Origin: a virus
Lineage: Duplodnaviria > Heunggongvirae > Uroviricota > Caudoviricetes
Strand: one strand, 5' to 3'
Virus record (IMG/VR): IMGVR_UViG_3300022661_000054
DNA length: 64,000 nt
The translations under genes and the position numbers were made by a program. The notes below the pieces were generated by a model that saw only the letters and a program-made list of their open reading frames with translations, made no database searches and was not told where the DNA came from. Shown here piece by piece: positions 9,391 through 18,485 of the stretch (positions are counted from its first letter, which is position 1; every line of letters starts with the position of its first letter).

Positions 9391-9975
9391 TTAATCTAAG
9401 TTCATTTCAGCGCGGTCATATTCAAGCTTCGCGGTAATTTGTCTCTTACCGTCGTTCTCTTTGTCGAATTCACCTTCTGTAATGCTACTAATCCAGCAGC
9501 CATGAATTGTCCAGCTTCTAACTTGTTCGAAGTCTTGAGTATACTCGATTAAAGTTGCAGTCTTCTTATAGTCTTTCATACGGCCACCCTTACGAGTATA
9601 AACGTTATACGCAAGTGCTTGCCAAGCCATAAGAATAGACTTAGTATCCAAACCAACTACATCATCTACAACGATACTGCCAGTATCAAATTCAGGAGTG
9701 CCTGCAAAAGTAACAGTATCATTACCTCTTTTATACTTGTTAACACCGAGAGTAAAGTGAGGTACAGGTGCTTTAATAACATTAAGTTTTAAAGTTTCCT
9801 GAGCTTTTGAAATCTTGTCACCCTCAGCAGCGCTGTCAGGATCTCCACTATAAGCGGCATTAATAATATTATCAATATCATCAACAATAAGTGAGAAGAA
9901 GCCAGTTCTAGCAGCTTCATAATTAGCAAGATTAGTGCTTATATGTTGAGCAGATAAGCTATTTGACATTTTCAA
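9391..9975 (-). CDS. Tail tube protein (gp19-like)
   Basis: Directly after the sheath; RSWTIHGCWISSI and ITAKLEYD motifs. Probable ATG start at 9969. Confidence 0.8.
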   Translation of the reverse strand: MKMSNSLSAQHISTNLANYEAARTGFFSLIVDDIDNIINAAYSGDPDSAAEGDKISKAQETLKLNVIKAPVPHFTLGVNKYKRGNDTVTFAGTPEFDTGSIVVDDVVGLDTKSILMAWQALAYNVYTRKGGRMKDYKKTATLIEYTQDFEQVRSWTIHGCWISSITEGEFDKENDGKRQITAKLEYDRAEMNLD

Positions 9976-9990
9976 TTATCTCCTTTCAAA

Positions 9991-11787
9991 TTAAATTGAC
10001 TCAGTTGCATTTACTGCAGTTTCGCCGAAGGAATCTTCAAGAGAGACTTCGAGGTCAAAATCTTCTACAGCTTCGATAGGAATAATTCTAATCTTGGCTT
10101 TTAAAGTTGCTTTATTTGGATTCTCTTCGTAAACTTTTATAATTTTATAATCACGAATTCCTTGGTCTGCTTTCATAGACTCGAGAGTCGGTCTAATAGC
10201 GTTTTTAAAGTTTACCCAAAGCTCATCACTATTTGGATCAAAAGTAAAACGACGACATGCTACATAGAGCTGTTTTTTAATAGTTGTACATAATTGTCTG
10301 ATATTTAAGAAATGTCCTGCTTTAAGATTTCCACCACCGTCTTCACTAGGTAGTATAAGTGCTGTTCTGTTTCCCCAAAGATAGTAATTACCTCTAAAGT
10401 TAGCAATTACGTTACAGGCAAATTTTGGTTGCGCTGTTTGTTCTTTAGTAATGAATCTTGGTTCGAGTGCATTTATTGCAATTTCTCCAAGTTTAACAGA
10501 AGTTCTTTCTACTGCATAACTAGAGACACCACGATTATAACCTGCAGCAGCATACCATTCAGCAAAACCCTGTCTTAGTGAGTTCATAAAGCATGCTAGA
10601 TAGTGAAAAGCACCAGGAAACTTATTATTATTAAATTTGTCATCAGAGGACATATCATAATAAACACTTGGCACTGTTAATGCACAGTACGCACCATTAT
10701 CACCGATGCTGCTTGCTACCTCATCGAGTGCTTCTATAATACGTTCTTCAGGTGTCAGGTCTAGATTTTCTGTTGTATAAGAATTTTCAGCTAGTTCTAT
10801 TAGAGCAATGCAATCTCCCCTGCCGCTATTTTTAACTACATCACTATACATAGCTAAATTTGCAATACAACTATTGGCTGCATTAATTAATCCAGTATCT
10901 GATATAATTAGCGTATTAATTTCATTTTCAATATTCGTTATATCATTATCAATTAATGTTTCTATAGTTGTTTTGTTATTAATATGATAAGCAGCTGGCA
11001 CGGTATATGTAGTTACTTCATCATTATTATCATTAAATCGAGTATCAAGCCTTACAAAACCTCTATAGTCACCATTGTCACCTTTATCTAAACTTTCATA
11101 ATTCGTTGCTGAAATGGTAAATACACCATTTTCAATATCAGATTCTTCAGGGTCTAGATCCATACTGGTTAAAATTCTTCCATACGCTTTCTGAAGTTCA
11201 TCGTCAAGAGCATCTTCAAAACTTATTGGATTATCGTTTGTTTCATCTTCAGCCTCATCTCTGACTCGTCTATTCGCAAGCTTGACAGCCTCTTCTTTTG
11301 CTTTAGCCCATATATTTAAGGCGCCATCAGCAATAGCAAGTTTGCTTTCAAGAGCAGTTTTTTGTGCGCGGATATCATCACCAGTAGAGGACTCCAGAAG
11401 TCCATGAGCAATAAATCTAAAATCATAGCTAACTTTATCCTTAAAAGGTGCCCAAAAGCTTTCTTGTCCCAGTTCTGAGATATTTTCTATTGGCTTAAAT
11501 ACAATAGGATAACCAAGATTCAATAGTTCATACGCCATCTGATTGCCATAGTGATATACTATAGTACCGTCATCCATTTTATGCTCTGGTGCATCTTTAC
11601 CAATAGCTGCGTCAAAATCCTGTTTAGAACTTAATTCATATACTCCATATGAATCAGGCTGTACTTTAGTTGTTCCTTGTACGTTTGCATTATTGCGAAA
11701 TCCTGCAATCAATACCGCATAATTGGCATACTGACCAGTTACCCCAGGATTGGTATAATCTTTTTCATTAATAAGTATTTTTGGCAT
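9991..11787 (-). CDS. Tail sheath protein (gp18-like)
   Basis: MPKILINEKD N-terminus; WYAAAGYNRG, YLWGNRT, LNIRQL and FTFDPN sheath C-terminal motifs. Confidence 0.9.
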   Translation of the reverse strand: MPKILINEKDYTNPGVTGQYANYAVLIAGFRNNANVQGTTKVQPDSYGVYELSSKQDFDAAIGKDAPEHKMDDGTIVYHYGNQMAYELLNLGYPIVFKPIENISELGQESFWAPFKDKVSYDFRFIAHGLLESSTGDDIRAQKTALESKLAIADGALNIWAKAKEEAVKLANRRVRDEAEDETNDNPISFEDALDDELQKAYGRILTSMDLDPEESDIENGVFTISATNYESLDKGDNGDYRGFVRLDTRFNDNNDEVTTYTVPAAYHINNKTTIETLIDNDITNIENEINTLIISDTGLINAANSCIANLAMYSDVVKNSGRGDCIALIELAENSYTTENLDLTPEERIIEALDEVASSIGDNGAYCALTVPSVYYDMSSDDKFNNNKFPGAFHYLACFMNSLRQGFAEWYAAAGYNRGVSSYAVERTSVKLGEIAINALEPRFITKEQTAQPKFACNVIANFRGNYYLWGNRTALILPSEDGGGNLKAGHFLNIRQLCTTIKKQLYVACRRFTFDPNSDELWVNFKNAIRPTLESMKADQGIRDYKIIKVYEENPNKATLKAKIRIIPIEAVEDFDLEVSLEDSFGETAVNATESI

Positions 11788-11862
11788 ACCAAATATATCT
11801 CCTTATTTTAATTTATTTATACAAATAATAAACTGAACTTTGTATTTGTTCAGAACTTCAAT

Positions 11863-11872
11863 TAATTTAGCA
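11863..11872 (-). promoter_or_regulatory. Putative late promoter TGCTAAATTA
   Basis: Motif copy upstream of the sheath gene. Confidence 0.7.
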
Positions 11873-11874
11873 AA

Positions 11875-12531
11875 TTATTTTAATTCATATTCAAATAAAA
11901 TCTCTTCCTCCTGTGGGTCTTGAATTTTATCTGCAGTAGTAACTTCTACGCCGATTAGTTTCCATCCACGTTTTTGAGGAATACTAAATAAAAACCCATC
12001 TTGTAATTCTAATTGAATAGTCCACTTATAAAATTGACCTGCAAAAAGATGAGTAGCAATGTCACTAGTATCAGATACCGTACTGAGTACTCTTAGATTG
12101 GCTGTATGTCTTACAGCGTACTTATCGTTGTAAGGAACCTCTATAATAATTTGTGGGTTATTAATCAACTTAAATAAATATTGACGTATATATTCGTCAG
12201 CTTCTATACGTTTCTTTGTATAAATATCTAGCTGATATGTAGTTTTTATTGGAATGACATTTAAATGTACTGCAGTAGCCGTATCAGAATCTGAATCTAA
12301 GACCAAGCCATCGAAAGATTTATTTTGTTTTATAGCTGATTCAATTTCAATATCTTTATTTCTAGATATAGCAATCAAAGGAAGTTTTAATGGCTTATCG
12401 TTCGTATCTTCAGCATTGAGTTGAATAAGCCTATTGGACTCATCTGGTGACAGAACTCTAAGTTTTGAAGAATCTGCTAGCCAGCCTTTTATTTTCTGAG
12501 TAATAGCTTCATCATAATAACTTATTGCCAT
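11875..12531 (-). CDS. Tail terminator / sheath stabiliser (gp15-like)
   Basis: LPLIAISR and PIKTTYQLDIYTK patterns; position just upstream of the sheath. Confidence 0.55.
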   Translation of the reverse strand: MAISYYDEAITQKIKGWLADSSKLRVLSPDESNRLIQLNAEDTNDKPLKLPLIAISRNKDIEIESAIKQNKSFDGLVLDSDSDTATAVHLNVIPIKTTYQLDIYTKKRIEADEYIRQYLFKLINNPQIIIEVPYNDKYAVRHTANLRVLSTVSDTSDIATHLFAGQFYKWTIQLELQDGFLFSIPQKRGWKLIGVEVTTADKIQDPQEEEILFEYELK

Positions 12532-12547
12532 AAGTAAACACCACCTA

Positions 12548-12874
12548 TTAATATTTTAGTGCGCTTTGTAGAATTTTGCTTCCTGGTATAGCGCCATTTC
12601 CATATGTAATTAGTCGAGCAATTTTATCCAACTTAGGATCTTTGAACATTAATATTATATTTCCTGAATCATCGTTATAGTGAGTTAAATTTAGTAAAAG
12701 TTTAACGCACATATCTTTTAAAGATATTTTATATTGTTGTTGGATATATCTTTCCATTAAAATTTCCGTCGCGTGAAATGGATAACTTCTAACTATATAG
12801 TAAGCATCTAGCATTGTGTTGCGGTAAAGGTAATCTTGCGGGACATGTTGGTTATTATTAACAGTAAAAAACAT
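12548..12874 (-). CDS. Hypothetical head-tail region protein
   Basis: ORF in the neck operon; ARLITYGNGAIPGS motif. Confidence 0.5.
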   Translation of the reverse strand: MFFTVNNNQHVPQDYLYRNTMLDAYYIVRSYPFHATEILMERYIQQQYKISLKDMCVKLLLNLTHYNDDSGNIILMFKDPKLDKIARLITYGNGAIPGSKILQSALKY

Positions 12875-12875
12875 A

Positions 12876-13949
12876 TTATTTAAATCTTGATACTAGAATA
12901 CTAACTAGCTCTTTCGCTTCCTCATTAGATAAAGTCTCATTTGAAAAAATAGTAGATACTAAAGCGGTAGCCTCTTTTAAATTGGCTGCGGATATGTTTG
13001 AAAAACCTTTATGAGAAAGTGCCGCGCGCGCCTCTTTAATGCCATTAGCTATACTTAAATACTGAATAGTGGCAAAAGCATGCTCAGGTGTTTTTAGCTT
13101 TGATGCTAAAGTATTTATACATACAGAGGTCTTTCCTTGGTTTTTGATAGGTGCTGTATTATCGCCTATAAGCTTATGAACTAAACTAATATCATTTAGC
13201 AGCACAGAGGCACTTTTAGTTGATACTGAGGCTAACTTACTCTCTGGAATGCTATTTATTTTTTCAATAGACGCGTTTTTCAGAATCTGTAAAAAAATAC
13301 GTTTATTCTTATTTTGTGTTTCTACAGTATACTTACCATCAGTAGCAACTAAAACTTTTTTTTGGTAGTCAAGGTAAGTGCTTATCTCGGTTACTGATTT
13401 GGTGTATAAATCTTTGCAGTAAATAATATTATAATTAGAAACTCTAAAGAATTCACTGTGTGCTATTTGTTTTTTAGCAATAGCATTATGTATCGCTTTA
13501 TAGGTATTTGAATTTAGTAACTTAGTTTGCAGTAGTTCTTTTTGTACATATGGTAACGATAAAAAGGCAAGAATCGGATTTCCAGCTTTTTTGAATCCTA
13601 GTACAGTAATATCATTTTGAAGCTGATCACCTAACTGTTTCAATAGTTCTGCATTAGCACTTCCAAAAACAGCATTAAAATATTCATTCCAAAATTGTTT
13701 TTTAATCGTATATTCTGATTCACGAGACTCTTGGTCTAAATTACGATTTGCATCAAGCCGCGCCTTAAGGTCTTTTGCCCAATCGTAATTTGCAGGGTAT
13801 TTCTTAGCGGCTTCTGTTGATTTAGCTGGTTGTTCAGACTTTGTAGCTTCATTTTTATCAACAGTGTTATTACTAGCAACTTTTGCATTATTTAAAATCG
13901 ACTGCAGGTTTACGGTCAAAAAATCTGATTCAAATAATTTTTCTGACAT
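12876..13949 (-). CDS. Hypothetical protein, possible internal head protein
   Basis: 357 aa; N-terminal KLFES candidate prohead-protease site. Confidence 0.45.
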   Translation of the reverse strand: MSEKLFESDFLTVNLQSILNNAKVASNNTVDKNEATKSEQPAKSTEAAKKYPANYDWAKDLKARLDANRNLDQESRESEYTIKKQFWNEYFNAVFGSANAELLKQLGDQLQNDITVLGFKKAGNPILAFLSLPYVQKELLQTKLLNSNTYKAIHNAIAKKQIAHSEFFRVSNYNIIYCKDLYTKSVTEISTYLDYQKKVLVATDGKYTVETQNKNKRIFLQILKNASIEKINSIPESKLASVSTKSASVLLNDISLVHKLIGDNTAPIKNQGKTSVCINTLASKLKTPEHAFATIQYLSIANGIKEARAALSHKGFSNISAANLKEATALVSTIFSNETLSNEEAKELVSILVSRFK

Positions 13950-14461
13950 TAATCATCGTCCTCTCTATCTATGAGTAATGGCATATCTTCTTTTTCATGT
14001 GCCGTAGTTATAAGATGCTGCTCATCTACTGATTCGTATTCTAGAGCAATTTCACATGCTATAGAAGCAGGGTAAATCATAATATTAGACATACTTATTA
14101 CACGGAAAGTTCTGCCTTCACCATCGTCAAGTCCGCTTGGAACTTCAAATAAAGCACCGACCTGAAGGTCTGGTAGATCATAAGGAACATGAATAACAGA
14201 AGAACCTTCTTGTAGTTCTGCCACCCACCCAGCTTTTCTTAAGGACTTCTGATCAGGGTGTTCTTCGAATAAACAACCAACTAATATTTCTGGTTTATAT
14301 CCTGTTTGAATGTCAGCATACATGTCATACTCTTTATTTTTAAGTGGAGCTTTATATTTACAGTTAATACCATGCAATGCCGTCATCTGCTTAAACCACG
14401 ACCTATGAAGTTTTATATCTTTATTAAGCAAGATGCCATAGTTTGTTTTAATATCTGACAT
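13949..14461 (-). CDS. Neck / head closure protein (gp14-like)
   Basis: Size, position after the gp13-like gene, and beta-rich LQVGALFEV...FRVISM pattern. Confidence 0.45.
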   Translation of the reverse strand: MSDIKTNYGILLNKDIKLHRSWFKQMTALHGINCKYKAPLKNKEYDMYADIQTGYKPEILVGCLFEEHPDQKSLRKAGWVAELQEGSSVIHVPYDLPDLQVGALFEVPSGLDDGEGRTFRVISMSNIMIYPASIACEIALEYESVDEQHLITTAHEKEDMPLLIDREDDD

Positions 14462-14483
14462 AAAAGCTCCTTTCAAAGAATCT

Positions 14484-14521
14484 TAGAAAGAATGCTTGAA
14501 ATATTTCAAGCATTCTTTCTA
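14484..14521. repeat. Perfect 38-bp palindrome
   Basis: TAGAAAGAATGCTTGAAAT|ATTTCAAGCATTCTTTCTA, intergenic. Confidence 0.9.
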
Positions 14522-14527
14522 TATAAA

Positions 14528-16537
14528 TTACTTACGAGTAAAATTAAAAGACTCAGCAATAAAAGTCTTATTTAATGTTTTAGTATCACCAGTGAGAACG
14601 AATTGCTTATCAAGCCCAAGCTTTTCATTTAAGCCATGTAGTACTGCTTTGCCTTCTTCGTTAGTGTATGCTTCGTTAAAAGTATAAGAAATATTTCTAG
14701 TATTACCTGAAGTGAAAAATACTTTACCATTTACTGAGAGTTTTTCATCTAAATAAGAGCATTCAGTAAGTCTAAAGCCGGCAACATTTCCGTAAGCTTC
14801 TACTAGTGAATCTGAGATTAGCTTTTCTAAAGCGGTTTCTTGTAGCTCTTCTACACCAGACATTAAGGTAGTTAATCCTTCTGTTGTAGCCTCTTCGTTT
14901 GAAGTAGCTTCTTCTGATTGACTTTCTTCTTCAGTTTGATTCATACCGCCTTTAGCCATAAGTTTAGCGCCCTTCATGGCTTTTTTAACAACATTAAAAT
15001 ACTTTTCTAGCTGATCATTTTCAAGCTCACCTTTAAAGTATTCACATAAAAATACAGCATCAGTGCCATTTTCATCCTTAGCTAGGTAAACAAATGCAGG
15101 CCCATTACCAGGTTGGGTACTCCAACCCTTTGCAATATTGTCAGCATCCTTGTAATTTTTCTTAATTTGTTTTCCGTTCTTACCAAGTACCAAGTCTTTA
15201 TTATTAAAAGACGGCGCCATTGTAATAAGCTTACCATTAGAATACTTTTCAGTAAAGCCTAAAACAATGAATGTGTGGAATCTTTGATTTTTCTCATCAG
15301 GAATAAGTTTGCCAGAATTATCTACTTTAACAGTACCGTAATCTTCCATAGCGTTTTCACGAACCCAGTCAGCCTTAGCTTCGCGAGATTTTAACTTACT
15401 AGATATTTTATCTATGGTGTCTGCAAACTTATCTTTTACTTTATCAAAAATACCTTCTTCTAATTCTTCTGAAGTCTCGTTTAGCTCTACAATTACTCTG
15501 CCTTCTTTTTGTGCAGCGAGCTCACGTGCTTCTTCTTTAGAAGTACATGGTACTCCGGCATAAGTCCCATCTGAATTTATTACAGCATATTTTAAAGTTT
15601 CATTATTTACATTTACAGATTCAGTAAGTTCATCATTTTGTTTACCAGCATCTTCAGAGATAATGCCAAGAGGATCTAACACTTTATCTAGAAGACCTTC
15701 TTCTACTTTTTCATCCTCATTAAATTCATCCATCATTGCTCTTGCTTCGCCGTCAGTTATAGGTTTTTTAAATTCAGGTGAATTAATAAGCTTTTCAAAG
15801 TCTTCTGCCGAGGTTTCAAGTTCAGTATCTTCTGTTAAGTCTTCTGTTAAGCTTACAGCATCAGCAGAGCTAGCATTGAAAGACTCATTAGCTTCAGACT
15901 CATCATCTTCAATATCTAAATCAAGTTCTTCTAAATCACCGCCAAGGTCGAGGTCTGCTAAATCTTCTTCAGATCCGTCTTCATTAGGCTCTTCAACAGA
16001 TTCATCATCAACAGGAATATCCTCACCGTCGGTCATCTCAAGTTCAGTGTCGTCAGTAGCTTCTTCAGGCTCAGCCTCACCAACTTTACCAATCAAAGTA
16101 TAGCCAGATTCATTACCACAGTGCTGACAAACTTCATTTACATTTACAGTTGTTGGATCATCTTCAGATTCTACAATGTCTTCTTTGTCTTTATAAAATA
16201 AAGTCATACATTGAGGACACTGCATAATATATTTACCGACATATGAAGTTAATAAGTCTTCAGGTGAGTCTGCGTCTAAGTCAACAATTTTCTCAATACG
16301 GGCTAATTTAGCTTTAGCTACTTCAGCCTCTCTTGCCTCTTTTGCATTATCTAGACCATCAGTAGTACCAATATCATAATATTCTTCAAAAAGTGCATCA
16401 AATTTAGATTTGCGTGAGAATATTTCAGTCAGTGCTGGCTTGTTAGCCTTTACACCTTTTTCAGCTACTGGTACGTCTATTTCATCTAAAGCTTTAAATG
16501 CGGCTTCTAAGTCAAACTTTGTAATAGATTCTTTCAT
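14528..16537 (-). CDS. Large acidic Zn-ribbon protein, probable head core/internal protein
   Basis: CPQC...CQHC, long D/E-rich region, many L-x-E-S/A sites; head operon. Confidence 0.5.
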   Translation of the reverse strand: MKESITKFDLEAAFKALDEIDVPVAEKGVKANKPALTEIFSRKSKFDALFEEYYDIGTTDGLDNAKEAREAEVAKAKLARIEKIVDLDADSPEDLLTSYVGKYIMQCPQCMTLFYKDKEDIVESEDDPTTVNVNEVCQHCGNESGYTLIGKVGEAEPEEATDDTELEMTDGEDIPVDDESVEEPNEDGSEEDLADLDLGGDLEELDLDIEDDESEANESFNASSADAVSLTEDLTEDTELETSAEDFEKLINSPEFKKPITDGEARAMMDEFNEDEKVEEGLLDKVLDPLGIISEDAGKQNDELTESVNVNNETLKYAVINSDGTYAGVPCTSKEEARELAAQKEGRVIVELNETSEELEEGIFDKVKDKFADTIDKISSKLKSREAKADWVRENAMEDYGTVKVDNSGKLIPDEKNQRFHTFIVLGFTEKYSNGKLITMAPSFNNKDLVLGKNGKQIKKNYKDADNIAKGWSTQPGNGPAFVYLAKDENGTDAVFLCEYFKGELENDQLEKYFNVVKKAMKGAKLMAKGGMNQTEEESQSEEATSNEEATTEGLTTLMSGVEELQETALEKLISDSLVEAYGNVAGFRLTECSYLDEKLSVNGKVFFTSGNTRNISYTFNEAYTNEEGKAVLHGLNEKLGLDKQFVLTGDTKTLNKTFIAESFNFTRK

Positions 16538-16551
16538 TTATAATAGTCTCC

Positions 16552-17271
16552 TTAATCAATTAAGTATGTCATATTAGAATTTAATCGAAGAAGTTCACGA
16601 AGCTCTTTTAGCTCTGTATTGCCTTCTTCTAAAATTTTATCACCATCTTGTGTCCAAAGGGCATTGGACTGTGCAAAGCGTGTTCTAATTCTTCCTAAAA
16701 CTACTTTAGTCAGCGCGACACAATATTTAATTAAAATATCAATCCAATAATCACTTTTAATATCTTCAACACTGGTTAATTTTGGTATATATTCAATAGT
16801 AACCATGCTAGGTGCAGAGTTAGCTCTATTAATATATAATTTTTTATTATGGCGGTCTTCTTTAAAAGACATGTCTGTTGACATCGTATTTTTCATTTGA
16901 TACATAGACATCCATGAAGCATAATTCATAACATAGTCTTGTAGATTATACATTGTTCCACCATTGCTGAATATTGCAAACTGGGCCATTTGAATTGGGT
17001 CATTAGTAACTGAAATACCGTTAGCATCTCCAAGGCCTTCTGTTCTGTACACTTTAATAATAGAACTAACTTTTTCTTTAAAAAATTCTCCGTCTAAGTC
17101 TATACAGCTTGCAAATGGCACTGTTATCATTGTGCTTTCATCAAAAAATCTTTCAAGCTCTCTTAATGCTTTTTTAACAACAGAGACAAGAGTTTCATCA
17201 TTTATTTCCATTTCTAATATATGGCCTGTTAACTCAAGCTTAATTTCATCTAAAATGTCTTCAAGTTTCAC
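16552..17271 (-). CDS. Neck / head-tail adaptor (gp13-like)
   Basis: WIDILIKYCVALTKVVLGRIRTRF...QDGDKILEEG resembles the T4-like gp13 C-terminus. Confidence 0.7.
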   Translation of the reverse strand: MKLEDILDEIKLELTGHILEMEINDETLVSVVKKALRELERFFDESTMITVPFASCIDLDGEFFKEKVSSIIKVYRTEGLGDANGISVTNDPIQMAQFAIFSNGGTMYNLQDYVMNYASWMSMYQMKNTMSTDMSFKEDRHNKKLYINRANSAPSMVTIEYIPKLTSVEDIKSDYWIDILIKYCVALTKVVLGRIRTRFAQSNALWTQDGDKILEEGNTELKELRELLRLNSNMTYLID

Positions 17272-17299
17272 TTTTTCATCTCCTTGCTAACATATCAAT

Positions 17300-17309
17300 T
17301 AATTTAGCA
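17300..17309 (-). promoter_or_regulatory. Putative late promoter TGCTAAATTA
   Basis: Motif copy upstream of the neck operon. Confidence 0.7.
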
Positions 17310-17339
17310 AATAATTTATAATACATGAACGTTAATAAT

Positions 17340-17369
17340 AAAAAGAGACTTCGTGCGAAGTCTCTTTTT
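17340..17369 (-). terminator. Intrinsic terminator
   Basis: AAAAGAGACTTCG-TG-CGAAGTCTCTTTT hairpin. Confidence 0.8.
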
Positions 17370-17379
17370 ATTATTAAAT

Positions 17380-18363
17380 TTAGGCGGTTAAGTCGATTAC
17401 AGCTTTGCTAAGTTTATCAGTAGAGCCAGCTGCTTGGTCTGTTTGTGGCATAACACTTCTTGGAGCAGCACCACTTACCGGCTGGCTGCTTGAACGCATT
17501 TCACCTACATTATTAGCTATAGTATTTGCAACAGCTTCTTTAGAATCGCCTCTACCTTTGGCCTGCATAGCTTTTACTACTTCGTCACAGATATTATCCA
17601 TAACGAATTTTTTAATTTCTTCATTAGAGGTTGTTAGCATATTGTCATTACCAACTTCATTTACAAGTTTAGCGGCTGGGTTGGAGGCAACAATAGCTAA
17701 CTGCGTAGCTTTTAACATATCTTCCCAAGTAACACCATCAATAGCAGGAAAGTTCATTACTTTAATAGTACAGTCACCACCATTAAGGGCATAAGCTTTA
17801 GACCATCTATGGTGACCATCAATAATATACTTACCAGCATAAGTAATAGTTGGGTCATTAAATGCTTCTGTTGGTTTATTAATAATGTCAACTGCCCAAC
17901 CTGGTTTATTAATCATACCTAAAGATTTAGATAAAGAAATATTTTGTTGTGTTGGAATAAGCTTTGAGCACTTAATACCTCCAACTTCTACACCAGATTT
18001 TTTAACTGTTTTAATAGCATCATCACCAAGTTTATAGTGTTGTTTGAGATAATTTAAAAATGCTTCAGATTTACCGTCACTTTGAAGAATTTTAACAAAC
18101 TGTTCATAGTCACTGTTCTTAAGCTTATTTAATACTGCTGTAGCTTCTTGGCTATTACCTGAAGCTGTGTTTTGTTCTGTTTTTTCAACTTCAGTATTTT
18201 TTTCTTCAGTAGCTGTTTCAGTGTTATTTGTAACTTCATCAGCTTCATATAGACGGTTTAGTTCACTAAATGCTTCTTCAAGTGAGTAAAGAGTATCCGC
18301 ATCTGCATGATTCGAAAAACCTTCAGTAAGACTTTTATCATTAAAAAACCTACGTCTATCCAT
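17380..18363 (-). CDS. ParB/Srx-fold protein with N-terminal leader
   Basis: KLIPTQ and YIIDGHHRW ParB-like motifs; stand-alone unit with its own late motif and terminator. Confidence 0.65.
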   Translation of the reverse strand: MDRRRFFNDKSLTEGFSNHADADTLYSLEEAFSELNRLYEADEVTNNTETATEEKNTEVEKTEQNTASGNSQEATAVLNKLKNSDYEQFVKILQSDGKSEAFLNYLKQHYKLGDDAIKTVKKSGVEVGGIKCSKLIPTQQNISLSKSLGMINKPGWAVDIINKPTEAFNDPTITYAGKYIIDGHHRWSKAYALNGGDCTIKVMNFPAIDGVTWEDMLKATQLAIVASNPAAKLVNEVGNDNMLTTSNEEIKKFVMDNICDEVVKAMQAKGRGDSKEAVANTIANNVGEMRSSSQPVSGAAPRSVMPQTDQAAGSTDKLSKAVIDLTA

Positions 18364-18406
18364 AGTGTAAAAACTCCTTGTAAACTATTATAATTTTAAT
18401 TCTAAA

Positions 18407-18416
18407 TAATTTAGCT
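18407..18416 (-). promoter_or_regulatory. Putative late promoter AGCTAAATTA
   Basis: Motif variant upstream of the ParB-like gene. Confidence 0.6.
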
Positions 18417-18440
18417 AATTTTATGCTTATAAAAGGTAAT

Positions 18441-18470
18441 AAAAAAGAGGCTTCTTCGGAAGCCTCTTTT
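18441..18470 (-). terminator. Intrinsic terminator after major capsid gene
   Basis: AAAAGAGGCTTC-TTCG-GAAGCCTCTTTT hairpin. Confidence 0.85.
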
Positions 18471-18485
18471 AAAAATGTTTAATAA

